Part shown: positions 32,806 to 45,650 of the stretch, in pieces | Layout: the number at the start of each line of letters is the position of its first letter | How positions within the stretch are numbered: position 1 is the first letter of the stretch | DNA from: Schizochytrium sp. TIO01 | Lineage: Eukaryota > Protista > Bigyra: Labyrinthulomycetes | Assembly: GCA_004764695.1 (NCBI GenBank) | Contig: SMSO01000014.1 | Location: 7,058,029-7,122,028, forward strand | Reading direction: 5' to 3' | DNA: 64,000 nt | Made by a program: the position numbers and the translations under genes | Notes under the pieces: model-generated | Told to the model about the DNA's origin: nothing | What the model saw: only the letters and a program-made list of their open reading frames with translations | Database searches by the model: none

Positions 32806-34093
32806 TTTCTCTTCTCTTGGCTCTCTTTATTGTAAAAGTAACCCTTTGGACTGGTATATCAAAACTGCCTCTGTGCATAATTACACAATACACATGCATT
32901 GTTATTATTTTCATATGTTTCCTCTACTTTGAATCAACTTGAATTAGATTTGCAGATTCAAGAAAAGAAAGTAAACAAGTTGCAAAGACACCACTGTATT
33001 AAGCATAGACATATCTTGCGCATAGGGCTTATAATACAGTTGTAAGTTGTACGTCACTCTATACATGTGGCCCGCACAAAACGATATATACAAGTTCCTT
33101 ATCTTGCAAAGGGCGATTTTGCAAAAGCCATCGTCCCTAACCCCCAGACATATATACATTCCATCCTCGCACCCATAACTTCGCACAAAGCATCTTAAAT
33201 ACCCTTTACGCTTTCAAACATTAAGTAAGGTTATGAGGGTACGATATCTACTACTTCTTGAAAGACGCGACGAACGGAACCCCCAAAGCCGAAAATAGAA
33301 CGAACTGCATTTCACCAAATCAGGAGGAAGTAAAGCCATTGAAAGCATACTAGCATCAAAATTAATCGTCAAGCTTCTTTGGCCTGTGTCACCACCTTGA
33401 GCTATGCTCATCACCGCACGCCTTAATGAACACCAACTGATAACTCACAAAGAGAAAAAGGCAACACCAAAATTTATTTTTACAAAAATAATACTATTTA
33501 AGATAAATAAGAATCGTAGGTAGGGCCTAATGCCAATAGTAATTGAAAGTAGATGGAACGAAACATAATCGGAATCAACATAATTGTTTAATTTTAACAC
33601 CGATTCGGAAACAAAAGAAGCAAGCAAGAAACGAGGAGTGCCAAAGCGCAATCAATCTGCTCACGCCTCCAGTCGGCCGACCTCGCTCTCCGAGCGTCGC
33701 GGAGGTTGAAGGTCGCGTAAGTAAGGGCGCTCACCAGGGCCCAGGTGCGCCCTTGCCTGCTCGGACTCGCGTACACCGCTTGAGAACGTTTTGAGTGTCG
33801 GCATTGAGGTACTGAGTTTCTTCGCTTTTCTCCATATTCCACCGTTTCTTGCATACCCTCTTCCGGTCTAGTCCAGGGAAAGAACTTGTCGCAGCCAAAG
33901 AAGTTTGTAAGTGAGGTCTTGAAGTCTTTCTGTTTTTACTCTGGTGAGTATCGATATAGACGTGATTTCGTCAATATCAAGCTTCAATTGTTCGAGCTGA
34001 TTATCTAGTTTTGTTGATCTCGAAGTTGACCTTGCATTTTTGCGATTGGTGCTAGTTTCACGGAGCTCTGAAGAGTTTATAGATTATTACAAA

Positions 34094-35563
34094 ATGCTTC
34101 GCAGACTACTGGCAGGATCTGACCACAGCGCCTCCAGCGATGACAACAATTCTTCCTCATCGCATCGCCGTGACAATGACTCGATTTGTGCACGATTTTG
34201 CCAGTTGCCATACTACTTGACAGGAGATCACCCGGACCAATTTGTCTCAGAACCGGGAACTGGCGTGGCAAGACTTCCCACCGGCGCTACTGGGCGCAGA
34301 GGAAGTTCACGCCGCGGTCGCAGTCGCTCCGGAAGTGGAAATGAAAGAAGCAGTAGCAATCGGGGAGCTGGATCAGACCAGACGAGCAGTGCTGGAGGTA
34401 GTAGCAGTTCACGTCCTGACGGTGCTTTATCGCCGCTGCGAAGGCGTGAAAAGGAGGAAAGCACTAATCTCGCCAAGTTTCTCGCTCTGGGGAAGACGTT
34501 GACAGCAGCAGACGCAGAGGAAGAGGCCAAAATTCTCGAGGGCGTTGAAGGTATTGGTGAGGAGTGTGGAATCTGTAGCCTAAAGGTCGCAACACACTAT
34601 GCCCTCCCATGTCGCCACCGAGCCTGCAAGGTATGCTGGAGCCGCTGGCTTGCAGACCATGACAGCTGTATGGTGTGTATCAGCAAGGTGGTGAGCTTAC
34701 GCAGGTATCCGGAATCGCTTCTGCCACTCACCCCATATGAACTTCAAGAGAAAAGTTCGAGTGCACGGATAAGTGGAATTGTAGAAAGGGACGTTAATCC
34801 CACACTTGCTTTGCAAAGTGAACTTGTCGTTGTCGAACAAGCTTCTGAACGTTGTGTGCGCAGTATCTTGCTTGTGAAAGACTCGTTAGATCAGATCCTT
34901 GATGCTTTGCAAACGGTGGAATCACATTTGTTCAACATCACACGTCCTGATCCGGGCCATACTGTAACTGTGGAATCCCTGACCTCCGTACTCGCTGTGG
35001 AGCGAAGCACTGTTGTCGAACAGCTCATTGCTTACGATAATATTTTTACGGAGCGTGGTGATTGGGTTGCCATGGACAATGAAATGTCTCTATTGGCCTC
35101 CGCTGTGCAGTCATTCTCAGGGCGATTTGATACCTATGTTGAAAGAGATAATGGTATTGATACAGCCGATAAAGCAGCTGATGCCGCTCTTGTTGAAAAT
35201 GCTGTGGAGGTTTTTGATGTTCTTGTTGCTTCAAATTCGCTACAAGCACAGTGGCACCGTCTAAAGTCGATTTTAAAACGCCTCGGATCAGAGAGCTCCC
35301 TTATGCTGGGTCTAATGCGTATTTTCGGCATGATTCATATTTCTCATTCCGGAGGTGAAAGCAATGATATTCCAGCCTTTGCTTTGCGTGTCATGGCGTC
35401 TGCTCAGTCAAAATTTGAAGGAACTGACAAAAGACTTAATGACACGCTGCTCCCCGAGGCAACCTTTCTCTTGGAGCGCCTTCAATCAATGTTTCCCACC
35501 GCCGGGGGGACAGATGATGATGATGAAACGGATCAAAATAAAACTGCGCTCGCTGCTGTGTAA
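34094..35563 (+). CDS. RING-finger (C3HC4) protein, putative E3 ligase
   Basis: CGIC-x-LPCRHRACKVC-x-CMVC; ATG in AAAATG context at 34094. Confidence 0.8.
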   Translation: MLRRLLAGSDHSASSDDNNSSSSHRRDNDSICARFCQLPYYLTGDHPDQFVSEPGTGVARLPTGATGRRGSSRRGRSRSGSGNERSSSNRGAGSDQTSSAGGSSSSRPDGALSPLRRREKEESTNLAKFLALGKTLTAADAEEEAKILEGVEGIGEECGICSLKVATHYALPCRHRACKVCWSRWLADHDSCMVCISKVVSLRRYPESLLPLTPYELQEKSSSARISGIVERDVNPTLALQSELVVVEQASERCVRSILLVKDSLDQILDALQTVESHLFNITRPDPGHTVTVESLTSVLAVERSTVVEQLIAYDNIFTERGDWVAMDNEMSLLASAVQSFSGRFDTYVERDNGIDTADKAADAALVENAVEVFDVLVASNSLQAQWHRLKSILKRLGSESSLMLGLMRIFGMIHISHSGGESNDIPAFALRVMASAQSKFEGTDKRLNDTLLPEATFLLERLQSMFPTAGGTDDDDETDQNKTALAAV

Positions 35564-36181
35564 AGAAGATGTACCTGTGATCACTGAAACAAGTAAAAAA
35601 TCTCGCATCGTTTGGGCGCCTGCATCGGCCTTTGCCCACCTGCATGTATACAACTCCCATCAAGATAGTCTTGTTAGCTTGAAAGCTCCCACATCCCTAT
35701 ACTATTCTATCAAACGTACCTTCTAGGGACTATCTACTACTACTCCTACCGCTCTTGTGACTGCTACTACCGATGAGAGGAAGACGATCTCTCTTTTGAT
35801 ATTGTTGATAAGATGATGATGATGATGATGAACTCCAATTTCTTTTCTACTGCCTTTTTACCCAGTTTGTGTTAAGTTTGTCAAAACTTGAGTCATATGA
35901 GCTCCCCAAAACAACCTTGCAAACATCTCCAATCATCGGCGCAAGATATTGCATAAAGAAAAAAGAAAGAAAAAAAGGACAGACATAAACTATAGGATAA
36001 TTGGATCAGTATGGCACATGAGATGCTATTAGTATATCGTGGATTGTTTCATATCAAAGCTTGATTTTTGGAGGAAAAAGGATTTAGTCTCCTTGTGCAA
36101 AGACGCAAGGTTCTTAAAGACACAGTCCAGATTGCTATACACTCGTTGTCACGCGCTCGAACTACACTATCAAGAGAAATC

Positions 36182-37091
36182 ATGGCTGGCGTGCTTTACG
36201 GTCTTGACAAGGAGGTAAGTCGCAACATCCAGGGGGGACTTTGGCTTGGCGACTAAGATGGCACCAGAGTAGGAAAGAGCTGGACTTGATCCATTTTTTA
36301 AAAGCTGGACACTCGCCTCCGTAGACTCCTCACGCTTAGTCGCAGCGATACTATCGCTCCAAAGGCAGTGAAACATCGCCTAAGCAGTCTGGCTTCAAAG
36401 GTAAAGGTTGGAGAACGTAAAAGCAGAAAACTCACAGCCGCTTGCTTCTATTTGTTCATGTATGATTTTCCATATTAATATAAACGTTGCTTCATTCAAT
36501 ACACACTATGTGTTACACTCGAGATCTTTGTAGCTCGCAGAGCGCGAGGCCTCTAAACGTGACCCTGAACTTGAGGAGCGTGTACGTGCCTACCTTGAAG
36601 AGCTCACTGGTGAAGACGTCGGTGAGGACCTCTTGGAATCTCTGAAGGATGGCACAATTCTCTGCAAGGCGATGAACACCGTCAAGCCGGGTGCAATCAA
36701 GAAGATTCATGAAAGCAAGATGCCATTTAAGCAAATGGAAAACATTCAGTCGTTTCTTAAGGCTTGCCGTAGCGAGCTTGGCATGGCTGAGTTTGATCTC
36801 TTCACCACTGCCGACCTTTTCGACGGCAAGAGCATCGTAAACGTTACCAATGGTCTTGTTTCCTTCTCCCGTGCTGCTACACGTGCCGGGTACGCAGGCA
36901 CCTCACTAGGACCTAAAGAGTCTGCCAAGGGTGCGCTGAAGGAATGGGATGTTAACCCTAATGCCAGTGTCTCCAAGATGAACCAGGGCAGCGTAGAGAC
37001 CATGGACAAGCGAGGAATCGACATGAGCAGTAACCCAACTTTTGGTGCGGACAACTCGCGTAAGGTTTGGGGAAACCGCACCATGGAGTAA
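36182..37091 (+). CDS. Calponin/transgelin-like CH-domain protein; exons 36182-36214 and 36534-37091
   Basis: Intron 36215-36533 (GTAAGT...TTGTAG) gives MAGVLYGLDKE|LAEREASKRDPELE...SLKDGTILCKAMN...MPFKQMENIQSFLKAC...DLFTTADLFDGK. Confidence 0.9.
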
Positions 37092-37971
37092 AAATTCTGC
37101 AAACTTCATCTAATGCGAGAATCAGATGAGTAAATACGTAGGTCCTTGCCAACCGTACATTTGAGGTATCAAATTCGTCCGAGTTTCTTTTCTTCTGCTA
37201 ATAAATCCAAAAGTGTTCTTACTAATATCTATGTTTGTTTCTACCCTACTTAGGCACTTTCTGCAACATTTCTGCTTAATTTAGACGACCCAGAGTTTTC
37301 AGTGTCTTAAAAAGGACGTCACTCGCTCCAAAGGTGAATATTTACTATAATACCCTGAAGAATCTTAGAAGGCAGTAGTTTACAGCCTTACTTTTTTAAC
37401 GAGCTTAGACGTGCTTAACCTCAGTACCGTTCCAGGTTTGGAAAGCAAGGGCGTGCCTTTTTTGTTTCTTTCTATAACACGTAAAAGAAGTCTCGAATTG
37501 CAGAATACTTGAATTTGGGATATCTTTTTTGTTCAGCTATCAGAATTTTATTTTTTTTAACGAAGGCTAAAGGATTTGACAGGGCTGCACCAGAAGTCCT
37601 ATATGCCTGTTATCATTATATCGAAACAAGATGATAATAGAACAATATTCATTGATAGTGATAATTGTGATGGTGGTAAAAATATCAGGCTTTCCAATGT
37701 TAAAATTATAGCTTTTACATTAGAAATACCACTGTGTTTGTTGTGTATTGTAAAAGCGATAAGGATACCAAGGATCCTTAGTGATGAGAAAAACGATAAA
37801 CAAATAGTACAAGCAAGTCCCTACGATATCTTTGCTCTGGCTCAACAGTATGTGGAATTTATAGCTGAAGTGATGTACTGGTTTGTAACTTGCGAATTCA
37901 TTCGGGTTGCTAGTTATCGTTTCCTTAGTAGATGTTCAAGAAAGCATTGCAGTGTGAAATAGACTCCCACC

Positions 37972-38448
37972 TTACCAGCGGAAGCCCCACAAAAGTCCAG
38001 TTGAAAAACCTGCGGCATGAGGTCCATGGAACTTGAGAATACCAAACACCTTGGTGACGTAGTAGCGCACATCCTTGGTCGTAACAGTTCCACTGCCATC
38101 TGTGTCGATCCTCTTAATCAAGTCTCCACGGATCTTGTCCCAGCGTACCTCAATGTACCCCGCATACTGCATACCTTGGAGGCAAATGAATCCCACGCCA
38201 AGAGCCATGGCAGCAATTTTGCTGGCTTGCTTGACAGCATAGCCTGTGCAGAATCCTACAGCGCCACCAAAGCCAAGGCGCGTGAGGATCGGGCCAAGAG
38301 TGCCAGACACCACATCGACCAGGGCTTGGTCCTCCTTGGTCAGCACGATCTCATTGTCATCCACCTTGGGGCCTACGACTTCATCGAAAACGCCATTCTC
38401 AATATCAGCGCTCACATCCACGATGTTGCTGCTGTTGTCGTTCGCCAT
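37972..38448 (-). CDS. FUN14-family membrane protein
   Basis: LGFGGAVGFCTGYAVKQASKIAAMALGVGFICLQGMQYAGYIEVRWDKI...AGFSTGLLWG. Confidence 0.9.
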   Translation of the reverse strand: MANDNSSNIVDVSADIENGVFDEVVGPKVDDNEIVLTKEDQALVDVVSGTLGPILTRLGFGGAVGFCTGYAVKQASKIAAMALGVGFICLQGMQYAGYIEVRWDKIRGDLIKRIDTDGSGTVTTKDVRYYVTKVFGILKFHGPHAAGFSTGLLWGFRW

Positions 38449-40627
38449 CTTTCACTCCGCGCTACAACAAGAACCTCAACGTCCAAGGGGCAGTCCTAGC
38501 TGACTTCACTCCGCTCCTCTCCAAACAAAGCACAAGAACCGCAGGATGCTTGACAAAAACCGGGGTCTGCCAGCGCTTGAAGAAGAGGGCGTCCACCGAG
38601 GTCGGCGAGTTGGTGTGGTCAAACGAGGTTTATTGAAAAAATCAGAGACCGACCCCAGCAGATATTGAGACTACCAAAACAGTCGGCTCTCCTCAAAGTT
38701 GACCACCGCAAACTAAGAACTCTCCTCTCCCAAACGGTCAGCTCTTCTGCGACTCCGACCTCTCTCACGTGTCCGCGTTCACGACTTTAATAGCCAGTGA
38801 TGAGCCGAAGAAAATCAGACATAGGCCCAGAAAGAAAGCCACAAGAAGAAGAGAAAAAGAAATTAAAAAAGGAAAAAGCGTCCTCAAAGAATATCAAAAG
38901 GAGACGGCGCGAGATGAGGAACCCCGGCGGCACGTTCCGCACACCTAGACGATGTATCAGAAAGGTCCAAGTACGTGAAGAACAGGACGCGATGCTGTGT
39001 GCCAGTGCGGTGAGAAACTGATTACCGCTAGTGTGTTACAATGTATGACTCCTTACGCACATGAGGTTTGCTCCAGCGAAAATTGTTTGCTCAGGGATAG
39101 TTTATGACATCTGGTACATTGAATGTTGGTACGTTTTGCTAGATAAGAACTAAAACGAATGCGGTACCTAGTTAGCTCGGATCTAGCACAGAGGTATAGA
39201 CGATCATAATTTTTCTTTCTGGTTGGATAATTCTTCTTGAACATGAAGGTCGTTGTAAATTATAATTTTTCTATCGGTGATACTTTCAATGATGACTTAC
39301 CAAATACAACTGCCAATAAATTAAGCTCCAGCGAAAACTTCAGGCCGTTCCCAGAGAATCCTTAAGCGATGGAACTGCATACTGCTTATCACTACTCGCA
39401 TTTCTCATAACCACCTTTTATTTAATTATATTGTACAGTTCGCTTGAACCCCAAGAGAGATGAGACCGTCCTCATATAAGAAACCAATAGCCTAGGGCCA
39501 TTTGACGTATGCACACAAGGGAAAAGTATCATGGTCTAGTCTCTACAGAAGAAACTACCTTTTAACAAAAACTCCAAAGCCATCTGCAAATCCTTTCTTA
39601 AATTCTGTAGAAAGCAAATACCCCCTTCGCACAAATGAAAACCTTCGACTTCATTAGTTTTCAAGTTATAAAAATGTCTTTCTCTAGTTCACTTGGACGT
39701 GATATTTAGCAATATTATGACTCTTATGATTGTTTCCCATGAACTACTATATTTTGGTCTCTATTCGTTAACTTAAATTCCCCTGCCTTACCTTGGCATC
39801 GGCTCAATACCTTAATTCCCCTTCTGTTCATCACATCCTATCATATATTTTGACTATATCAAAGCCAAACCTAACATCCAATGCAAGTCACCGCGCCAAT
39901 AGCTTCAAGTATTTGTGTACCTCCTTCGCTCTTTTCCCACCCTCAAATCACAAAAGAATGTTAATATACAGCACACCTGTACTTCGCTTTCTCGGATTCA
40001 ATTCGTGAGTTGACGGTTTCCAATAAAATCATTGCATATATCTTAGTTCCATACTTCCCTCTCTGAAAGCAAGCGGATCAGTTTTCCCGGAGTGATCATC
40101 TTCAATGCAACCATCGGCACGGTATCCAGCCAACCAGCCAATAGAGCTGGAAATACTTTCTCTTCGGAATCTTCCTTCAATGGAATACACTGCGCGCTAG
40201 ATCTGATTTGGTAGAATTTCAGTACTACTCATATTAACACACATTAACAAATACTGCTATTACGTTGCGGTGCAACTTCAAGATTTCTCATTCTTTTAGA
40301 AACTCCCGCAGAAAATGCCACTATGTGAAAGCGGCGAAAAAAAGAGATTGCCCATGATTCCTTGGGAGTAGTTCGTAGCATGGTTGTTTAAGCATCCTCA
40401 CCAATGCATATAAGAACTATCTACCCAAGTTTGTGATAACATTGTATATAAAAAGGTGCATGGGTTGAAACATCTCGAGTCTGAAGAATCATTCCTTTAA
40501 GCGGCAAAACCAAAACTCGAACACACCAAACAAGTGACTTCAAAGCAACAATCAAGCTTCTAAAGAATATAACACACATCAACTTAGACTATTCACCCAA
40601 GCAATACCCTTTACTCAACAACATAAA

Positions 40628-41566
40628 ATGAAGGTCTTCGTCACCGGTGCTAGCGGATGGGTCGGCAGCAAGGTCACCCAACTCCTCATCCAACAAGGTC
40701 ATCAAGTCACCGGACTTGCACGCTCTGACAAGTCTGCCGAGCGAGTTAAGAACCTTGGCGCCGAACCTGTTCGTGGAGGCCTCGAAGACCTCGATGTGAT
40801 CAAAGCCGCCAGCAAAGATGCAGACGCAGTCATCCACACTGCATTCAACCATGAAGATTTTAACAAGTATGTCGAGAACTGCGAAATCGATCGCAAGGTC
40901 ATCAGCGCCATGCTCGACGCTCTCTCAGGCTCTGGCAAGACATTGGTTGTCGCCACAGGTCTCTACGGACTTGGCGATGAGGAGTCTATGGCCGAGACCA
41001 CAGGAATCAAGGGCATCCGAGGTGCCACAGAGCCCATGTTGCTTGAGCGTGGTGAGAAGGAGAACATCCGTGTTGCTAGCGTGCGCTTGCCTCCAACTGT
41101 ACACGGCGTAGGTGACCAGGCATTCCTCAAGATCCTCAACGGGTTTGCGCAAGCCGCCCAGGTATCTCCGTATGTGGGCGACGGTAGCAACCGCTGGGGT
41201 ACGGTGCACCGTGATGATGCTGCCAATGCATTTGTGTTGGCCTTGACCAAGGGTCCTGCTGGTCAGAGGATTCATGCTGTCGCCGAAGAGGTTTCATTCA
41301 AGGACATCGCAGAGGTGCTAGGAGCAAACCTTAAAGTGCCTGTGAAATCTGTAAGTCCGGAGGAGGCAGCTCAACATTTCACATTCTTGACTCCGTTTGT
41401 GACAAGTAAGTACACAGCCCCGACTGAGATTACACGTGCGCGTCTTGGATGGGAGCCTAAAGGTCCTGGATTGCTTGAGGACCTCCGCAATCCCAAATAC
41501 TTTGGTACTCCTAATAAGAAGCGTAGCATCTTCTCGTTCTTGTTCAAAAGAAGGTCAAGCAAGTGA
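40628..41566 (+). CDS. NAD-dependent epimerase/dehydratase (atypical SDR), copy 1 with basic C-terminal extension
   Basis: MKVFVTGASGWVGS Rossmann motif, DAVIHTAF, VRLPPTVHG, VHRDDAA, RARLGWEP. Confidence 0.93.
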   Translation: MKVFVTGASGWVGSKVTQLLIQQGHQVTGLARSDKSAERVKNLGAEPVRGGLEDLDVIKAASKDADAVIHTAFNHEDFNKYVENCEIDRKVISAMLDALSGSGKTLVVATGLYGLGDEESMAETTGIKGIRGATEPMLLERGEKENIRVASVRLPPTVHGVGDQAFLKILNGFAQAAQVSPYVGDGSNRWGTVHRDDAANAFVLALTKGPAGQRIHAVAEEVSFKDIAEVLGANLKVPVKSVSPEEAAQHFTFLTPFVTSKYTAPTEITRARLGWEPKGPGLLEDLRNPKYFGTPNKKRSIFSFLFKRRSSK

Positions 41567-43130
41567 ATAATAAACATAGATTGTATGAAAGTAGGCAGAG
41601 CCATTATCCCTAATTGATTTTTACTTTTAATTCATCAAAATACATTTCTTCTGTTTTTATGATATTGTGATAGTAAAAGTACAACTCTCTGCTTTTGTTA
41701 CAGCTACACCTCCACTATTTTGATAAAAACGCCTGTTATCTGAGCCACAATATTGAAAGATTTTATTATAACAGGCCTATTTCACTAACCCTTAAGGTAC
41801 ATCCGAGTGGGCTATTTGAAAATTGCAGTAGCTATACTATTAGCTTGTTCTTGACTACCTATAACGTTAGTGAAAGTATAGTGAAGGAATACTACGTTCG
41901 TGTGGAGACCTCATGACGCCGAAAGCAAATAGATTCTCATGTAGCTACCTACTTCCTGTGAGTTTGGTTAGATTGGCCCACAGTTTAGTTGATTAGCGAA
42001 CGGATCAATTTGGCGTGTCTCTAATTAGTTGCACTAAAGCAACACTAAACTTGCTTAACAGATTTTAGGCTAGAATGACCAGGCCGAACCACATCCTGGA
42101 AAACATGTATTGCTTGTTCATACTGTCGAATTGTTTTCGTTTATCCACATTTGACAATGCCCATGGCTTGTTTTCGCCAACGAATTTGGTACCAAGACAT
42201 AATAATTACTGCCAAACTTCGGCAGCAGCAGAAATTTTGCCCTATTTAATCTTTTAAAAGATCAGTTTAAAAAAAATAAGAATATCTAGAGGCTTATATA
42301 AATCACAAATAACAACAACAATAATAGTTGTAATGATACTAACATGAAATTCGGTTTCTTCAAGCTCGATTTTTTAAGAAATCTTATGGGTTTCTCTTTC
42401 CAGTTTCTATGCCCATGTATCCCGAAGATTACTTTACTTTTCTCCCAACACCTAACAGAGGTGCAGATTTTCTCAATATTGCAAACTTCACACTTTCTCT
42501 CGGGTGTGTCTTTCAAGTCGCCGACTTTATGCGAGAGATCATTGTTTGTTCCGTATCTATAGCTTGTTTGCTAGAAGCCGGATCAATCTATTTCTCTGTT
42601 CACTCTTTGCGAATCCACCTGTATCTTTCCAGCCAACCAAAGCTGAACTGACTTCTCCTGCGGAGCTTGTTGGAGCAATAACTTAGGGTGTTACCTGTAA
42701 CTAGCTATATTTGATACCCACTTTTATTAGTATGTTACTACTAGTATGACGTTGCGGCGAAAATCAAAAATTTGCCATTTTCTGATAACAATTTTAAAAT
42801 GTTTTGTTAATAAAATATTCCATGATTTAATACCCACGGCGAAAAGAAGAGATTCACCAAGATTTCTCGGAAGTAGTAGAACATAACTAGGCACTTGTGT
42901 TGATGCAGTTGAGCACTACCAAGAGCAATCGTTCACAGTAGAAGTAACATCAATCATGATGCTACAGAAATGTATATTGAATAGAAGTATCGATTCCAAG
43001 GGGAATAACAAAACCAAAACTCGAACGCACCAAACAAGCAACCCCAAAGCAACAATCCAGCTTCCCAATATATTACATACGTCAACTTAGACTATTCACC
43101 CAAGCAATACCCTTTACTCAACAATATAAA

Positions 43131-44012
43131 ATGAAGGTCTTCGTCACCGGTGCTAGTGGATGGGTCGGCAGCAAGGTCACCCAACTCCTCATCCAACAAG
43201 GTCATCAAGTCACCGGACTTGCTCGCTCTGACAAGTCTGCAGAGCGAGTTCAGAGCCTCGGCGCCAAACCTGTTCGTGGAGGCCTCGAAGACCTCGATGT
43301 GATCAAAGCCGCCAGCAAAGATGCAGACGCAGTCATCCACACTGCATTCAACCATGAAGATTTTAACAAGTATGTCGAGAACTGCGAAATCGATCGCAAG
43401 GTCATCAGCGCCATGCTCGACGCTCTCTCAGGCTCTGGCAAGACGTTGGTTGTCGCCACAGGTCTCTACGGACTTGGCGATGAGGAGTCTATGGCCGAGA
43501 CCACAGGAATCAAGGGCATCCGAGGTGCCACCGAGCCCATGTTGCTCGAGCGTGGTGAGAAGGAGAACATCCGTGTTGCTAGCGTGCGCTTGCCTCCAAC
43601 TGTACACGGCGTAGGTGACCAGGCATTCCTCAAGATCCTCAACGGGTTTGCGCAAGCCGCCCAGGTATCTCCGTATGTGGGCGACGGTAGCAACCGCTGG
43701 GGTACGGTGCACCGTGATGATGCTGCCAATGCATTTGTGTTGGCCTTGACCAAGGGTCCTGCTGGTCAGAGGATTCATGCTGTCGCCGAAGAGGTTACAT
43801 TCAAGGACATCGCAGAGGTGCTAGGAGCAAACCTTAAAGTGCCTGTGAAATCTGTAAGTCCGGAGGAGGCCGCCGCACATTTCACATTCTTGACTCCGTT
43901 TGTGACAAGTGAGTACACAGCCCCGACTGAGATTACACGTGCGCGTCTTGGATGGGAGCCTAAAGGTCCTGGATTGCTTGAGGATCTTCGCAATAAAGAA
44001 TACTTCGCATGA
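43131..44012 (+). CDS. NAD-dependent epimerase/dehydratase (atypical SDR), copy 2
   Basis: Near-identical to 40628-41566, starting 2503 bp downstream. Confidence 0.93.
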   Translation: MKVFVTGASGWVGSKVTQLLIQQGHQVTGLARSDKSAERVQSLGAKPVRGGLEDLDVIKAASKDADAVIHTAFNHEDFNKYVENCEIDRKVISAMLDALSGSGKTLVVATGLYGLGDEESMAETTGIKGIRGATEPMLLERGEKENIRVASVRLPPTVHGVGDQAFLKILNGFAQAAQVSPYVGDGSNRWGTVHRDDAANAFVLALTKGPAGQRIHAVAEEVTFKDIAEVLGANLKVPVKSVSPEEAAAHFTFLTPFVTSEYTAPTEITRARLGWEPKGPGLLEDLRNKEYFA

Positions 44013-44359
44013 ATCATTTATAATTCTAAATATATAAAAATGTAAGTCATTTCCGCTATTGTTTCTCGGTTTTCATATAACTATCAGAAAGTATTGTTAA
44101 AGTTGAACTAGTTTAGATATAACATTAAATCAAGCATTGGAGTCTTGTATATTTTTAATCTTACTTTTAAAGATTCCATGGTATAGTCTTACGTGTTCAA
44201 TCTCTTCACTTGAGTCTGATTGACCTGCAGTACTAATGAGATCGAACGATTTGAAACCCGAATCGTTTTAAAGAAAATTAGTTGTAAGATCGACACTTAG
44301 TCGGAATAGAGATTTAAAGAAATAAAAACATGACTTCCTGAAATGCGATTTCTAAGAAG

Positions 44360-45265
44360 TCATTTAAATACATCAGCAATTTGAAATTGGCGCGGGCTCG
44401 AGCGCCGGGATGTGGTTGGTCTACGAGGAGGGCGTAGTGCAACATATTTGCTTGGGTTTGGGATACCTAGAACAGTTTGTTGCTCAATGCGTGGGTTTCT
44501 AAATTGTAGAGTTTTTGCGACGTTACCTTTGCGCGTATGATTTGGTTTGCTAGTATTTTGCACGTTGCATATTTGATTATGGCGTTCTTGTTCGTCTAAT
44601 AGTGCAATAAAATGCTCGGGACCAAGGGTCGGATCAAATGGAGTTGCGGGGCCGCCAAGTGCGGCTGTGATAGCCCGCTGACGCATATTCATAGATGTAG
44701 TAGTGTGCGCCATTGCCTGCAGGGTTGAAAGCATAGATGATGTATTTTCAGTGTAAGTTTCAGTAATTTGTTGTGGTTCCCCAGTGAGCCCCTTATTCTC
44801 GAGTTTGGTGTTTGAGTCTGAGCCAGAAGTTGAGTCCATTGAGATCACCTGATAGTTAGACTCGGGTTGGTCAACCTCCTCTTGATTGTTACCAGGACAA
44901 CCATTGGTATGCAGATTATGATCAGTTTGGTTTCTTGGGTCTGAACGCCGGACAGCCTCACGTATTTCACACAAAACTTGTTTCAAGTGCTCCTCTCGAG
45001 AATACTGTTGAGGGTACTTTAATCTATGGCTTTCTATGAATTCATCATGTGTCAATTGGTTCGAAACTGAAGGCTCGGGTGTACGCGTTTGTCGGCCCAA
45101 TAAATTGACCGCCAAAATTGCATCTTCGTGTCGTTCAAGCTCGGCATCGCCTTGTCGTTGTTCGTAGTGTTGTTTACTTTGTCTTCGTATGGGAAGCGGC
45201 TGTCTCAGAGCGAGAAGATCGTTCTGTACATCTACTGACAACACCGGCAGACGAAAGCTCTCCAT
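44360..45265 (-). CDS. hypothetical protein (301 aa, likely largely disordered)
   Basis: ATG-initiated long ORF, divergent from the EF-hand gene; no motif recognised. Confidence 0.6.
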   Translation of the reverse strand: MESFRLPVLSVDVQNDLLALRQPLPIRRQSKQHYEQRQGDAELERHEDAILAVNLLGRQTRTPEPSVSNQLTHDEFIESHRLKYPQQYSREEHLKQVLCEIREAVRRSDPRNQTDHNLHTNGCPGNNQEEVDQPESNYQVISMDSTSGSDSNTKLENKGLTGEPQQITETYTENTSSMLSTLQAMAHTTTSMNMRQRAITAALGGPATPFDPTLGPEHFIALLDEQERHNQICNVQNTSKPNHTRKGNVAKTLQFRNPRIEQQTVLGIPNPSKYVALRPPRRPTTSRRSSPRQFQIADVFK

Positions 45266-45650
45266 CGTTGTTGTTTACCTAGTTAACAACCGCGGACTGC
45301 GTGTGACTGCATAAAGCTAGGTCGCCGCAAGCGGATTAAACAATCCGAACACCTACAAGCTAGCCAAACAGCTGCGTTTGGATGTTATACAACTCTTTAT
45401 ACTTCAATCATTGATTGGTGATTGGCTACGGATCAGATTCCTCTACCCTCCCCTCACTTTACCTCAATATTTCTGGCGAAATCGCTCCTTGTAATGCTAC
45501 TGTTGTTCTCTATGGAAAAGTCGAATGTTAAAATCCGTTGTGCAAGGCTTTCCCTTATTGGGTTCACTAGGTCTTCTCTGACCGTCCGTACGTTTTCACT
45601 TGAAGATAATTCTATGTCGTGGTGTGTACTATTCCTTGTAATAATTTCTT

